Source of the DNA: Candidatus Melainabacteria bacterium 17Bon1m
GTDB taxonomy: Bacteria; Cyanobacteriota; Vampirovibrionia; Obscuribacterales; Obscuribacteraceae
Length of the DNA: 64,000 nt
Reading direction: 5' to 3'
Assembly (NCBI GenBank): GCA_032128875.1
Contig: JAVLKG010000012.1
Span: forward strand, 32,001-96,000
A program made the translations under genes and the position numbers. Under the pieces are notes generated by a model that saw nothing but the letters and a program-made list of their open reading frames with translations, did not search any database and had not been told where the DNA came from. Below, in pieces: positions 28,513 to 38,814 of this stretch; position 1 is the first letter of the stretch, and every line of letters begins with the position of its first letter.

Positions 28513-30000
28513 ATGCGTTTTCTTTCGGTAAGTATTGCTTTTGCTCTAACGGTCTCTTTAGCACCGTTAGCCATGGCGAAGGGAAAACAGCAAGTAAATG
28601 CAGACTGGCGTTCTGCGTACGTTGAAGGTGAACGGAAGCTGAAAACACAAGAGTTGGAAGCTGCGGAAGCGGCTTTTTCTGAAGCTCTGCGTAATGTCAA
28701 AAGCAATAAGAATAGCAGTCCCGATGATGTGGCACTGTGTTACCAAAGTCTGGCGAGCGCTCACTATCAGCACGATCGGTTTTATGAACTGGTAGTTCCG
28801 TTGTACAAAAAAGCAATTAGCGTTCTTGAAAAAGCCTATGGGAAGGAAACACCAAAACTAGCAGCACCACTCGCTGCCTATGCAGCAGTCCGCGAGGACG
28901 AAGGCGATTACAAATCTGCTCAAAAACTGCTGGCAAGATCGCTTGCGATTGTAGAAAAATCTGACGGCAAGAATAGTCTCGTATACGCCGACCATTTGCA
29001 CCGGTTGGGTCGGGTGAATTTCCGACTCGGGCTGCCGATGAAGGCCGAGCAAATGTATTACCAGTCATTAGTCACATTGATGAGTCAAAAAGTTTTGCCT
29101 TCTAGTGAAATTATTGAGCAGCAATTGGCTGATTACATAGACTTGCTAACTAAGGTAGAAAATCGTGGCAAGATTCTCAACTCTGCTTTTCAAAAGGAGT
29201 TGCTGAAGGATACTCTTGGTTCTGTCGACAGAACACAGGGAGTTTCCGCTTCCGTCTTTAATAAAGAAGTCTCTTCGAGATTGGCAAATTCAGCTGCTAA
29301 CAAAGAAGAGAGCAGAATCTTCGATACTGTCCCTCCTGTGGTAGCTAACACCGCGATTACTCCAGACAGACCGATGTCTGATTTCGCCGCACTTGAAGAA
29401 ATCAATAAGCAAAGAGTCTCATTTTATGAGCGTATGATTTCGACTGACATACTTTCGCTAGGCGTTGATCATCCCAGTGTGGCGCGAGACCTAAGTGGGT
29501 TGGCTGCGTTGTATTTATCTCAGCGCAAGTTTGACGAAGCGAAGCCATTGCTCCTAAAGGCGCTTGCAATTTACGAAAAATCATATACATCCGAAGCGAG
29601 TATGATCAAGCGCACGAAGGCGCTATTGCAGTTGATTGACGACGAGCAAAACCCGCAGTCTCCAGCCAACTCATCTGTGATTGCCGACTATACTTCAAGT
29701 CTCCCGGCTGTTCCTCTTGCTGCACAAAAGTTGGAAATCGCACTGCGTTTGAACAGACTTGCCTTCATGAATTACTGTCAGGGCAAAATGAATAACGCTG
29801 AGCAGATTTATTCGTGGGCTATCGCAAGCACTGCAAAGTCTGCTGGTGAACAGAGTCTCTTAGCTGCATCTTGTTTGTTTGATTACAGCCGCGTATTGCG
29901 CAGTACTGGAAAACAAGCTGATGCAGAAACTATGGACAATACCGCGCAAGCAATATTGCGTCGTTCAATTTCGCAAAGCGCCGCGAGATCTTTTCCATAA
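28513..30000 (+). CDS. Secreted TPR protein, paralog of 19880-21514
   Basis: Signal peptide MRFLSVSIAFALTVSLAPLAMA; YERMISTDILSLGVDHPSVARDLSGLAALY. Confidence 0.85.
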   Translation: MRFLSVSIAFALTVSLAPLAMAKGKQQVNADWRSAYVEGERKLKTQELEAAEAAFSEALRNVKSNKNSSPDDVALCYQSLASAHYQHDRFYELVVPLYKKAISVLEKAYGKETPKLAAPLAAYAAVREDEGDYKSAQKLLARSLAIVEKSDGKNSLVYADHLHRLGRVNFRLGLPMKAEQMYYQSLVTLMSQKVLPSSEIIEQQLADYIDLLTKVENRGKILNSAFQKELLKDTLGSVDRTQGVSASVFNKEVSSRLANSAANKEESRIFDTVPPVVANTAITPDRPMSDFAALEEINKQRVSFYERMISTDILSLGVDHPSVARDLSGLAALYLSQRKFDEAKPLLLKALAIYEKSYTSEASMIKRTKALLQLIDDEQNPQSPANSSVIADYTSSLPAVPLAAQKLEIALRLNRLAFMNYCQGKMNNAEQIYSWAIASTAKSAGEQSLLAASCLFDYSRVLRSTGKQADAETMDNTAQAILRRSISQSAARSFP

Positions 30001-30046
30001 ACTTTGCGAAAGAGCGACGCCATCCGTCGCCGCCGCAGTCTGACAG

Positions 30047-31153
30047 CTACTGAACTTTTCCGCGCGCAGTGAGTCTCCACACGTTTTCGATCCTGCCACC
30101 ACGATGGCAGTAATAATAGTCGTGCAAATTTACAGTGGTATCAATGTGGCTCGGAATGAGTTCTACTCTGTCACCAATTTCGAGCTTCAACTTGCTGTTG
30201 CTGCTGCTCTCTATTATGCCGTGTTCGTCTCCTGCCGGGCGATAGGTCATGTTGGTATGAGACTTTAACTCAGCATTTCCTGAGTCTGTAGAAAGCGATT
30301 TAAAACCTGCATCAATAACACATCTGTTTTCTGTGGGTTTGCTGATCACAGTAGAAACCACAGTTAGCGCATTCTCATATCGCTGCCCGATCGCACGACG
30401 GTATGCACCGTCCATAAAGACAAAACTTCCAGGTTGCACTTCATTTGCGCCAGCCTCGACGCAATACTCGGACGTGCCAGTGCCGCCAGTTGTGATCACA
30501 TCAATTTTGTGACCATTCTGCCTGAGCAACGACACTGTGCTCATAAGTTTTTCCATAGACTCTGCGCACAGCCTTTTTCTCTCAGCCTCGTCTGTCAGTA
30601 ATTGAAGATGCCCTTCATAGCCTTGTATACCAATCAGTTTCAGATTTGGCTGCTTCGATATTTCATTGGCGATCTGCAAAGCAGGCTCCCCAGGCTCTAC
30701 TCCTGCGCGATTTTGCCCGACGTTTAATTCAAGTAGTACGGCAAGTTGCACGCCAGCATTTTTAGCAGCGTTTTGAATTGCGCTCGCACCGACCGCACTG
30801 TCTATTACAACTTTGACCTGAGCATGTTTTGCAATCAGCTTTTGCAGACGTTCCAACTTTGGCGAGCCAATTATCTCCGTCGTAATTAAGATGTCTTCGA
30901 TGCCTGCCGCCGCCATCACTTCAGCTTCTGACAGTTTTGCAACGCAGACTCCGTTGGCTCCAGCGGCAAGCAGTAATTTTGCAAATTCCGGGCTCTTTAC
31001 GGTTTTTAAATGCGGCCGCACTTTGACATTGCTGCCACTAAATTTTGTGAAGAGTGTCTTCAGATTTTTCTCGACTAGATCCATATCAACAATCAAACAC
31101 GGTGTGTCAATCAGGTCGATCGATATTCCTTTCTCAATTGTTGATGACGTCAT
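30047..31153 (-). CDS. D-threonine aldolase / D-serine dehydratase (DSD1) family, fold-type III PLP enzyme
   Basis: RPHLKTVKS (PLP Lys), GYEGH, GGTGT, EVQPGSFVFMD, DAGFKS, DEHG, PSHIDTTVN; GAGGAAGG RBS before ATG 31153. Confidence 0.88.
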   Translation of the reverse strand: MTSSTIEKGISIDLIDTPCLIVDMDLVEKNLKTLFTKFSGSNVKVRPHLKTVKSPEFAKLLLAAGANGVCVAKLSEAEVMAAAGIEDILITTEIIGSPKLERLQKLIAKHAQVKVVIDSAVGASAIQNAAKNAGVQLAVLLELNVGQNRAGVEPGEPALQIANEISKQPNLKLIGIQGYEGHLQLLTDEAERKRLCAESMEKLMSTVSLLRQNGHKIDVITTGGTGTSEYCVEAGANEVQPGSFVFMDGAYRRAIGQRYENALTVVSTVISKPTENRCVIDAGFKSLSTDSGNAELKSHTNMTYRPAGDEHGIIESSSNSKLKLEIGDRVELIPSHIDTTVNLHDYYYCHRGGRIENVWRLTARGKVQ

Positions 31154-31161
31154 TTCCTTCC

Positions 31162-32796
31162 TCAGTAGCCGGTTACTTTCTTGAATGCCAAAACACATTT
31201 CACAAGTTTTGCCGGACCGCCACGATACACAAAGTATCTGCTTTCCCAAACGGGATCGAACTTTTGCTTGTACTTTTGGAGTCCCTTGTATGAAAAACCC
31301 TTGTTGAGATGTTCGCACAGTTGATAGAGGGCGCGCTCTTTCAATGATGCATCTGGGTTGTCGCCTACACCCGACAGTGCAGCCAATCCAAGATTGAAAT
31401 AACTATAGCCACGCTCTTTGTACGCTTGCAAGAGCTTAAGGAATAGGTAGTCCATGGTGCCTGATGGAACTTCATTGCGGTGACGCATCAGGTCGATCGT
31501 GATTTCTCCTGGATAGTACGATTTTGCTTCGTTGACAAAAGCAATCGATTTTCCTTCCGCATTGTTTAAGCAGATAAGAGGAGTTGTTTGTATGTAGGAT
31601 CTTTCAAAGCGTCCGAGGGTAAAGTTGTGTTCTCCGCGACCTGGAAGTGCGAGCCACTCATTAGAGATAGATTCAACAGTATCCATGAGTTCAGGCGAAT
31701 GGGGCGGCTCATGGCGTACTAGTTCAAACCCTTTGAATTTATTTTCTTTTCCTTTGAAGTCTTTTTTCTTGATTGTTTCGGTGGTGAATTTGTTGATATC
31801 AACTCTTGCCTCTTCGCCGATTTTTACTTCTTCAAATCCCAGGGATTTATAGAGCGGCAAGCACTCTGGTTCTGCCTGAAGAAAGCACAACAGCCACCCG
31901 CTGTCGGTGACCCAATCCACAAATTCCTGAAGAGCAATCTTCAGCTCTTCTTCCGGGCCCACCGGATCTGCGAGCGCTACAACTACATCGTTAGCAATGC
32001 CGTAGGAGACGAAGCAGTTTTTCGACTGCGAGAAAAATAGCGATTTGTCCGGCATCATCTTGTAGAAATCCATAGAAGATCTGCCATTCTTTTCGGCGAT
32101 TGAAAGAGCAAGTTTTCGCTCTTTCTCTTGTGTGTCGAAGTGATACTTGAGTGGGCGAAACATACTTGTGGCTATGAGGAAAATTGTGGTGGCACCTGCA
32201 ACGTTCAATGATTTGAGAAACCATTTCGCGTGATGAGTCGCAGGCACCAGATCTGTGTTGCCCATGAGAAAGAAGCCATCGAGGGTTCGTTTTATCGAAT
32301 CAGCCATGCTGAAATCAATGCCGAAGTCTCGTTTGTCCATGACGAAAAATCCGAGCGTGCCGTATATCAGCGTTAGTAAGACCGTCCCAGCGGAAACGTA
32401 GATGCCTTTGGCAATTGATTGACTCTCGCTCTTTACCGAAAAGTCTGAGCGCAGCGCGAAAAGAAGGACTGCCAGTCCACCCAGAGCCCAAACTCCTGCA
32501 CCTAAATCCTTGTGCAGAAGGTGCGTGCCTAGAGAGAGACTCGTTATCGCGATGGCGATGGCCCACGCAGTTCGTTTTCGCTCACTAAGGTTGACTGCGA
32601 GGTACGTGAGTATCAAGCCGAAGCATATGATCAAACTTTTTGTCAGGTGACTTTCGAATGGAAGATAGGACGCAAACGGACTGTCAGAAATGTCGCCTTT
32701 GATCCCGAGCCAAATATCAAGCAAGCCTACGCCGGCCGCGCATGCCGCTACCAGCTTCACGCCCAGTCCTTGAAGTAAAGGCTCTTTGTCCGCCAA
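31162..32796 (-). CDS. MprF/LysX-type aminoacyl-phosphatidylglycerol synthase-domain membrane protein
   Basis: N-terminal TM helices; ALADPVGP, KIGEEA, TIDLMR, GTMDYLF, FNLGLAAL, GLQKYKQKFDPVWESRY. Confidence 0.88.
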   Translation of the reverse strand: MADKEPLLQGLGVKLVAACAAGVGLLDIWLGIKGDISDSPFASYLPFESHLTKSLIICFGLILTYLAVNLSERKRTAWAIAIAITSLSLGTHLLHKDLGAGVWALGGLAVLLFALRSDFSVKSESQSIAKGIYVSAGTVLLTLIYGTLGFFVMDKRDFGIDFSMADSIKRTLDGFFLMGNTDLVPATHHAKWFLKSLNVAGATTIFLIATSMFRPLKYHFDTQEKERKLALSIAEKNGRSSMDFYKMMPDKSLFFSQSKNCFVSYGIANDVVVALADPVGPEEELKIALQEFVDWVTDSGWLLCFLQAEPECLPLYKSLGFEEVKIGEEARVDINKFTTETIKKKDFKGKENKFKGFELVRHEPPHSPELMDTVESISNEWLALPGRGEHNFTLGRFERSYIQTTPLICLNNAEGKSIAFVNEAKSYYPGEITIDLMRHRNEVPSGTMDYLFLKLLQAYKERGYSYFNLGLAALSGVGDNPDASLKERALYQLCEHLNKGFSYKGLQKYKQKFDPVWESRYFVYRGGPAKLVKCVLAFKKVTGY

Positions 32797-32944
32797 GTTT
32801 TGACCCGCTTTGAGTTTGGAAAGTGCTTCTAAGTTGACGCCATATATGCAGGGAATTCCTACCTGAATATTATCAAAAACATTGATCTTTCAAGCAAAGA
32901 ATATCAAAACAAAGGTACACTAAGTGAGAGTGCGGAGAGTCTAG

Positions 32945-35650
32945 TTGAGAACTTCGAAAACAAGGGAAACGACCGCATCGCTTTCTGATCAAGCGCTGAT
33001 TTGTGCCGCGAAAGCTGTAGACGCACTCAACGAAAGATCTTTGCAGATAGAGGGCATTGAGGCGGACTTAGCTACCTCTACCATTTACGAGAAGATTAGG
33101 AAGCGTGTTGTCAGGCAAATTGCCCAGAGCCATGGTTCATCACTAGACTTTTCGCAGCTAGTCGATGCGTACGTGCTCTTGTTAGACCAGAGGCTGGCGC
33201 TGAGTTGTGGTCGTTACCAACTCGTTGCTTCCGAGAAAGAAAAACGGAAGCGCGGTGTGTTCTACACTCCTAATTGGTTAGCCAGAGAGCTTGCGATGAA
33301 GGCGCTTGCGCCGCTTGTTTTTTGCGACGAGAGTGGTCTGACTGTTGGTAGTGAATGCTCTAAGAACGTATCAAATAGACTGGTATCAGTGGAGAGGATG
33401 CTCTCCCTTACCATCCTTGATCCAGCGATGGGGGCTGGAACATTCTTGGTAAATTCGTCGGAGATTTTAAGTGAATTTGTAGTTCGAAAACTTGCTTATT
33501 GCAATGCTGATTCCGACTGGAATGCGCTTGTTCACTCGCTTCATGAATGTAGTCCGAAATCGTCAAGCCTGGCTGAATTGAAGTCGCTGAATGAAAGCCA
33601 GCTTTATGTAGTGGTGCTGCAGGCGGTGGCGCGGCGATGTTTGTATGGCTTTGATTTGGACGAAGCTGCAGTAGAACTCTCGAAGCTTGGCCTTGCGCTT
33701 CGCTGTGGCTTGTCTTCGGAGAGCAGCAACTTTTTTTCTAACCTCAAAACCGGCCATGCAATATTGGACCTGTGGAGAAGTCCAGGCGATATTTTCCCCG
33801 CCGTCTTTGCCCGGGAGAATCCAGGGTTTGATTTGATTATTACCAATCCACCATGGGAGATTGAAAAGTCCAACTCTCGAGAGTTCTTCTCACGCATTGA
33901 CCCAACATACATGTCGCTGAGCAAGCAAGCCGCCATCGAGAGGCAGAAGCAAATTCTGTCGCAGGACAAGACTGTGGAAGAGGAGTGGAATCAGTACCGC
34001 GCTAATCACGAGAAGCTAGGTTCATTCATTCAGCGCAGAGCGAGATTTCAAGGCGGTGGTGATTCGAATGCGTACAAGTTATTTTTAGAACTTGGTTATG
34101 ACCTCTCGCGTACAGGCGGTGTGATGGCGCAAATTGTGCCATCTGGAATCTACAGTGATAAAGGTGCAACCGAGTTGCGACGCTTGTTTGTGGAGAAGTG
34201 TCGTTGGCTTTTCTTGAACGGTTTTCACAATCACGACGGAATTTTTGAGATACATAGGTCGTTCAAATTTTGCATGCTTGGAGTGGTGAAAGGAGCGCGT
34301 ACCGATTCAGTCGAATGCGGCTTCCTTCGAGTTTCTTCAACAGAAAAACCAATTTCTTTCCAATACAGAATTGCAACACTCAATGCTTTGTCCCCTGAGA
34401 ATCTTGCATTTTTCGAAACCACAAATGCATCTGATCTAAGGCTCCTTGAAAAACTGGCAGCAACGTGCAAACCACTTGCGTCCATGCCTGTTTCGTTTCG
34501 TCGGGAGTTTGATATGACTAACGATTCGAAGCACTTTATCGAGAGGTCGGTAGCTCAGGTTGAAGGCTATGCGCTGGATAGTTTTGGACATTGGCTGAAA
34601 GGGTCTTGGAGACCGGCCGAACAAGTTGATACTAAGCATCGAGAGCAATTTGCGTTTTCGCCAGATGGAAAAACTGCAATTGCAGTTGATGATATAAAGC
34701 GTGTTCTTCTGCCGGTTTACGAAGGTCGCATGATCGGACAGTATGACTGGGCGAAAAAGGCTTGGATGCAGGGCAAAGGTCGCAGCGCCGAGTGGACAGA
34801 GTTGCCTTTTGGTGAGAAACATATGCTGCCTCAGTATCTCCTCGATGTCGACAGCTACCTGGAATCGCAGCCTAATCGCGGGGCAAAAGTGGCGTACCTC
34901 GCAGTAGGAGCATCGACGAATTCACGTTCGTGCATAGCCTCTTTGATTGGCGATTGGCCGTGTGGAAATTCAGTGCCTGTGCTGACGCCGTCCAGCGGGG
35001 CAGGAGAAGAACGGAATGCTTTTCTATCGGCACTGCTTGCGTGTCTCAATAGTTTTGTCTTTGATTACATCTTGCGTTTGAGACTGTCTGCCAACAACCT
35101 TAACTGGTTTATTTTGCAAGAGTGTCTTCTACCAAACGTAAATCAACTGGCACGAAATGAGCCTCTACTATCAGCGGTTTCGGAACTGAGCGCTCACAAC
35201 GCCCTTCTCGCTGAGGGATTCGGTAGCAAATGTCCCGACGCTGTTCGCCGATTGAAGTTGAGAGCCTTCATTGAGGCTGTGGTCGCGCAAAGCTATCAGA
35301 TAAGCGACTCTGATTGCGAGGTCATCCTCAGAGGCTGTGAGCTCGGCAATCTTCGTCCGACGAAGGTTAAGCCGTCCTCAATCGATAAAGGTTTTCATCG
35401 CATGGATCTGGAGTTGCCGTCCAAGCTCAGGGCACCTTCACTCTTTCTTGAGGCTTTTAAGTTAATTCGTGAGCGTGATGCAAATTGGCTATTTGAGAAT
35501 CTTGACGCTGATGAAGTGTTGTTCTCCAGGCAGAGTTTTGAACTCCCAATATCGAGCGCCGAGCGCTCAGAGATCATGACTGCAAGGGAGGCGGCGACCC
35601 TCATGTGCCGCATTAGAAATGCCGGCTCTCGCCTTGGATTTCCTCGCTAA
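32945..35650 (+). CDS. N6-adenine DNA methyltransferase with C-terminal target-recognition region (Eco57I/Type IIG-like)
   Basis: GVFYTP, motif I ILDPAMGAGTFL, motif IV FDLIITNPPW, REFDMTNDS, LPVYEGRMI. Confidence 0.88.
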   Translation: MRTSKTRETTASLSDQALICAAKAVDALNERSLQIEGIEADLATSTIYEKIRKRVVRQIAQSHGSSLDFSQLVDAYVLLLDQRLALSCGRYQLVASEKEKRKRGVFYTPNWLARELAMKALAPLVFCDESGLTVGSECSKNVSNRLVSVERMLSLTILDPAMGAGTFLVNSSEILSEFVVRKLAYCNADSDWNALVHSLHECSPKSSSLAELKSLNESQLYVVVLQAVARRCLYGFDLDEAAVELSKLGLALRCGLSSESSNFFSNLKTGHAILDLWRSPGDIFPAVFARENPGFDLIITNPPWEIEKSNSREFFSRIDPTYMSLSKQAAIERQKQILSQDKTVEEEWNQYRANHEKLGSFIQRRARFQGGGDSNAYKLFLELGYDLSRTGGVMAQIVPSGIYSDKGATELRRLFVEKCRWLFLNGFHNHDGIFEIHRSFKFCMLGVVKGARTDSVECGFLRVSSTEKPISFQYRIATLNALSPENLAFFETTNASDLRLLEKLAATCKPLASMPVSFRREFDMTNDSKHFIERSVAQVEGYALDSFGHWLKGSWRPAEQVDTKHREQFAFSPDGKTAIAVDDIKRVLLPVYEGRMIGQYDWAKKAWMQGKGRSAEWTELPFGEKHMLPQYLLDVDSYLESQPNRGAKVAYLAVGASTNSRSCIASLIGDWPCGNSVPVLTPSSGAGEERNAFLSALLACLNSFVFDYILRLRLSANNLNWFILQECLLPNVNQLARNEPLLSAVSELSAHNALLAEGFGSKCPDAVRRLKLRAFIEAVVAQSYQISDSDCEVILRGCELGNLRPTKVKPSSIDKGFHRMDLELPSKLRAPSLFLEAFKLIRERDANWLFENLDADEVLFSRQSFELPISSAERSEIMTAREAATLMCRIRNAGSRLGFPR

Positions 35651-35808
35651 GCGTTAACTGCTGTCTCTTTTGGGCTTTTTATTCGGATTTATATATGGCT
35701 TAGACTCTAAGGCAAGTGGGAATAGATAAGAAGCTAATACAGGTAATACTCTAATTATCTGACGCTTAGCCTATTAATTCTATTGGCTGGAGATGTCCTG
35801 GAAGCCCG

Positions 35809-38508
35809 ATGGAGCCTGAAGATAACGAGTTTTCGATAGAGGAGGACAAGACGCCATGCGCTGGTCCTCCCCCATCAGCACAAGATATCTCCCAGCAAAG
35901 GACCATTGCCGGTTCGCGCCTGAAAGATGAACCGATGGCTATTGTTGCGGATTCACTGGTTGGTGAGATTCTCGACAGTAAGTACGGCATTGTAAAACGG
36001 CTAGGCATTGGCGGAATGAGTGTCGTCTATCAAGCGAGAGATCTTTCGCTTGGGCGAAACGTTGCTATCAAGATGATGCCTCTGCAATCAGGTCATACGA
36101 CGCAAGACTTGCCTCGCTTCCAACAAGAAGCACAAACAATCAGCAGATTGAAGCATCCCAATCTTGTTACTGTGTTTGAATTTAACGTCAACAACATACC
36201 ACCGTATTTGGTGATGGAGTATATCGAAGGCAAGTCGCTTGCTGAAGTGCTCAGCAGTGAAGGACCTCTCGGTTTGGAACGCGGCATCAATGTTTTGCGC
36301 CAGATGTGCAGCGCACTTACACATGCCCATGAAAACGGAGTTGTTCACCGAGATCTCAAGCCAGCAAACGTCCTTTTGCAGAAGACTGCTACGAATACCG
36401 AAATCGTCAAAATCGTGGATTTCGGCATAGCTAAGCTTGTGCATCAGGACGATGCCGACGCACAAAATTTTACGCGCTCTGGAGAAATCCTCGGAAGTCC
36501 ACTGTACATGAGCCCCGAGCAGTGTCAGGGCAAGAAGCTGGATCATCGCTCGGACATCTATTCGATGGGGTGTGTACTGTATGCAATTTTCGTCGGCGTA
36601 CCACCCTTCCAGGGCGCGACAGCGTTTGAAACAATTCAAATGCATATGCACGAACAGCCTGTATCAATCAGCTCTCGCAGAAGAGACTTGCCTTATGCAA
36701 TGGAGCTGGATTCGATTTTGTTTAAAGCGATGGCGAAAGAGCAATCTCAGCGATACCAGACAATTGGCGAATTAGACGAAGCTCTGTCGAAAATTGGTCT
36801 AGAAGATGAGATGGTCGGTTTTGGCGCCCTAAAAGCCATGATTGATCTCAATTTCAACCGAGCTGCAGCGAAGAAAAGCCGCGGTATGTCAGTCAAGCTG
36901 TTTTGGCTTGTCACCATCATTAGTGTCGGCATCGGCTGCTTTGGTCTTTGGCACGCTTTGGATAGATACTTTGCGGAAGACAGTGTTAAGAGCTGGCCTG
37001 AGATGGACTATGGCGGACAGAAGGCTTTTGATGAAGGTGATTACCCGAGAGCAAACAACTTCTTCACGCTCGCGTTAAAGCAAGCTCAGCGCTCCAATAA
37101 CATGACTAGGATCAACGCCTCTCTTGAAGAGCTGATCGATCTTAACGAGGTGTTGAAAAATCGTGAGAAGGTAATTGAATACCAAAGCCAGCACGAGAGT
37201 TCGCCTGAAGAAACACAACTTGGTCTGCGAACTTACAGAATTGTTGCACTAGCTCAAAATGCTTTGGATGACTTGGAGAAGCAAATGAAAACGCTTCCTC
37301 CTCCCGGTCCGGCGCGCACAAAGCAGGAGATAAAACTGCAGCGGAAGCTTGCTGTTGTTCTCGGCGATTGCCGTCAATTGTTGGTGAGAAAAGCCGACAG
37401 TCGTCAGTTCACCATTATTCATGGACCAAATGCAATTCGATGCCAGGAAATTTTGATCAACGCGAGAAAGCTTTGCAAAGAGCTTACCGGTGAACAACAC
37501 GCGCTCTATGGGCGTGTTCTCCACACACTTGCTCTTGCATATTTGGCAACCAGTCAACCAGATCTTGCGGAGAGGTGTTTTGAGTCTGCGGAGAATCTGC
37601 TCAAGAATTCACCTGCTGTTTCTCCTCTGGAGCGAGCTGATTATCTGAGTGATGCCTCTCACTTTTTTCAATTGCATGGCAATTCAGAGAAGGCTATCTT
37701 GGCACTACAGAAGGAGTTGGAACTAGCTGGCGGAGCGGAATCCAATAGCATCATCGCAGGATCGATTTGTTTTCAACTTGCAGAGTTGTACTACGCCATT
37801 GGCAAACATGAGCAGGCAAAAAAATATGCTCAGCTTTCGATCGAGATTTTGGAAAAGACGCAAGAAAAGGAAATGGGAGTTACTCACTCTTTCCTGCTTT
37901 TATACATGAAGGACTATCAAGGAGCGCTTCAACCTGCACAGCAGTCTTTGCAAGAGAGTGAGCGAAAAGAAGTCAAAGACTATTGGGAGTTGACTTCTCT
38001 TCTTACGATTATTGCCACTTGCTACAGTCATGATCCGAAGACCGCACCACTGGCAATTCCGCTTCTAAAGCGCGCTGCTGCGGTTAACTTAAGATGCGGG
38101 GAGCCTTTTGCCTATGTGCGCAGATTGCAAAAACTGGCAAAAGTATATTCAATTTGCGGAATGCAGCAAGACGAGTTGAAAACGTATGAAGAGACTCTTA
38201 AGAATGCTGTCAACTTGTACGGCAGTCGAAGTCCTGCTCTCGCTTCTCTCTATAAAGACTATGCCGCGGCGCAGTTGCAATCGGGTGATAAGGATGGCGC
38301 GGAGAGAAGTCTGAGCAAAACAGTTGTTATTCTGGAAAAAGGTTCTTCCTCAAGTCCTCAGATGAAAGAGGCTCTGGAAAGGCTAGCGGATGTGCTTCGT
38401 CAGCAAGGGCGTGCGGAAGAAGCTGAAGAATTCCAATCGCGCGCAAGCAGCATTAAGTTAGAAGCTGATGGAGCAAAGCAAGATCCGCTCGATGCCATTC
38501 CCAATTAG
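35809..38508 (+). CDS. Membrane Ser/Thr protein kinase with C-terminal TPR region
   Basis: LGIGGMSVVY, VAIK, HRDLKPAN, DFG, GSPLYMSPEQ; one TM helix; TPR-like helices. Confidence 0.93.
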   Translation: MEPEDNEFSIEEDKTPCAGPPPSAQDISQQRTIAGSRLKDEPMAIVADSLVGEILDSKYGIVKRLGIGGMSVVYQARDLSLGRNVAIKMMPLQSGHTTQDLPRFQQEAQTISRLKHPNLVTVFEFNVNNIPPYLVMEYIEGKSLAEVLSSEGPLGLERGINVLRQMCSALTHAHENGVVHRDLKPANVLLQKTATNTEIVKIVDFGIAKLVHQDDADAQNFTRSGEILGSPLYMSPEQCQGKKLDHRSDIYSMGCVLYAIFVGVPPFQGATAFETIQMHMHEQPVSISSRRRDLPYAMELDSILFKAMAKEQSQRYQTIGELDEALSKIGLEDEMVGFGALKAMIDLNFNRAAAKKSRGMSVKLFWLVTIISVGIGCFGLWHALDRYFAEDSVKSWPEMDYGGQKAFDEGDYPRANNFFTLALKQAQRSNNMTRINASLEELIDLNEVLKNREKVIEYQSQHESSPEETQLGLRTYRIVALAQNALDDLEKQMKTLPPPGPARTKQEIKLQRKLAVVLGDCRQLLVRKADSRQFTIIHGPNAIRCQEILINARKLCKELTGEQHALYGRVLHTLALAYLATSQPDLAERCFESAENLLKNSPAVSPLERADYLSDASHFFQLHGNSEKAILALQKELELAGGAESNSIIAGSICFQLAELYYAIGKHEQAKKYAQLSIEILEKTQEKEMGVTHSFLLLYMKDYQGALQPAQQSLQESERKEVKDYWELTSLLTIIATCYSHDPKTAPLAIPLLKRAAAVNLRCGEPFAYVRRLQKLAKVYSICGMQQDELKTYEETLKNAVNLYGSRSPALASLYKDYAAAQLQSGDKDGAERSLSKTVVILEKGSSSSPQMKEALERLADVLRQQGRAEEAEEFQSRASSIKLEADGAKQDPLDAIPN

Positions 38509-38814
38509 CTGAGGGTCCACAGGATCACCGGTACGCGTTCAGGGTTAACCCTATCGATTCCGTCCGTCGTTCGCGTTAAATTTTCAACGCTGGCTTTCCA
38601 GCGTTTCTAACTTACTAGTCAGACAACCAGTTCATTCGCATGCATCTCATCGAGTTGCGCGCAGGTACTGTCATACACAAGAATAGGCAGTTTTGCTTCT
38701 GCACAAACACGTGCCAGTGCACAACTTGCATTATCAACGAGTGCAGCTCGAAGTTGCATTCAGATTTGTGAATGCGTTTTCCTGCGCTGCTTTTGATGGC
38801 GTGCACGGTTGAAC

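Noticed and set aside
31154-31318. Extended N-terminus of the PLP enzyme overlapping the MprF-like gene
   Set aside because: ATG 31153 has a strong RBS and removes the overlap.
32945-38508. Complete BREX/Pgl or DISARM system (MTase next to a kinase)
   Set aside because: No PglZ, BrxC/PglY, or DrmA/B/D helicases are present. The kinase is a TM-TPR receptor type, unlike PglW.
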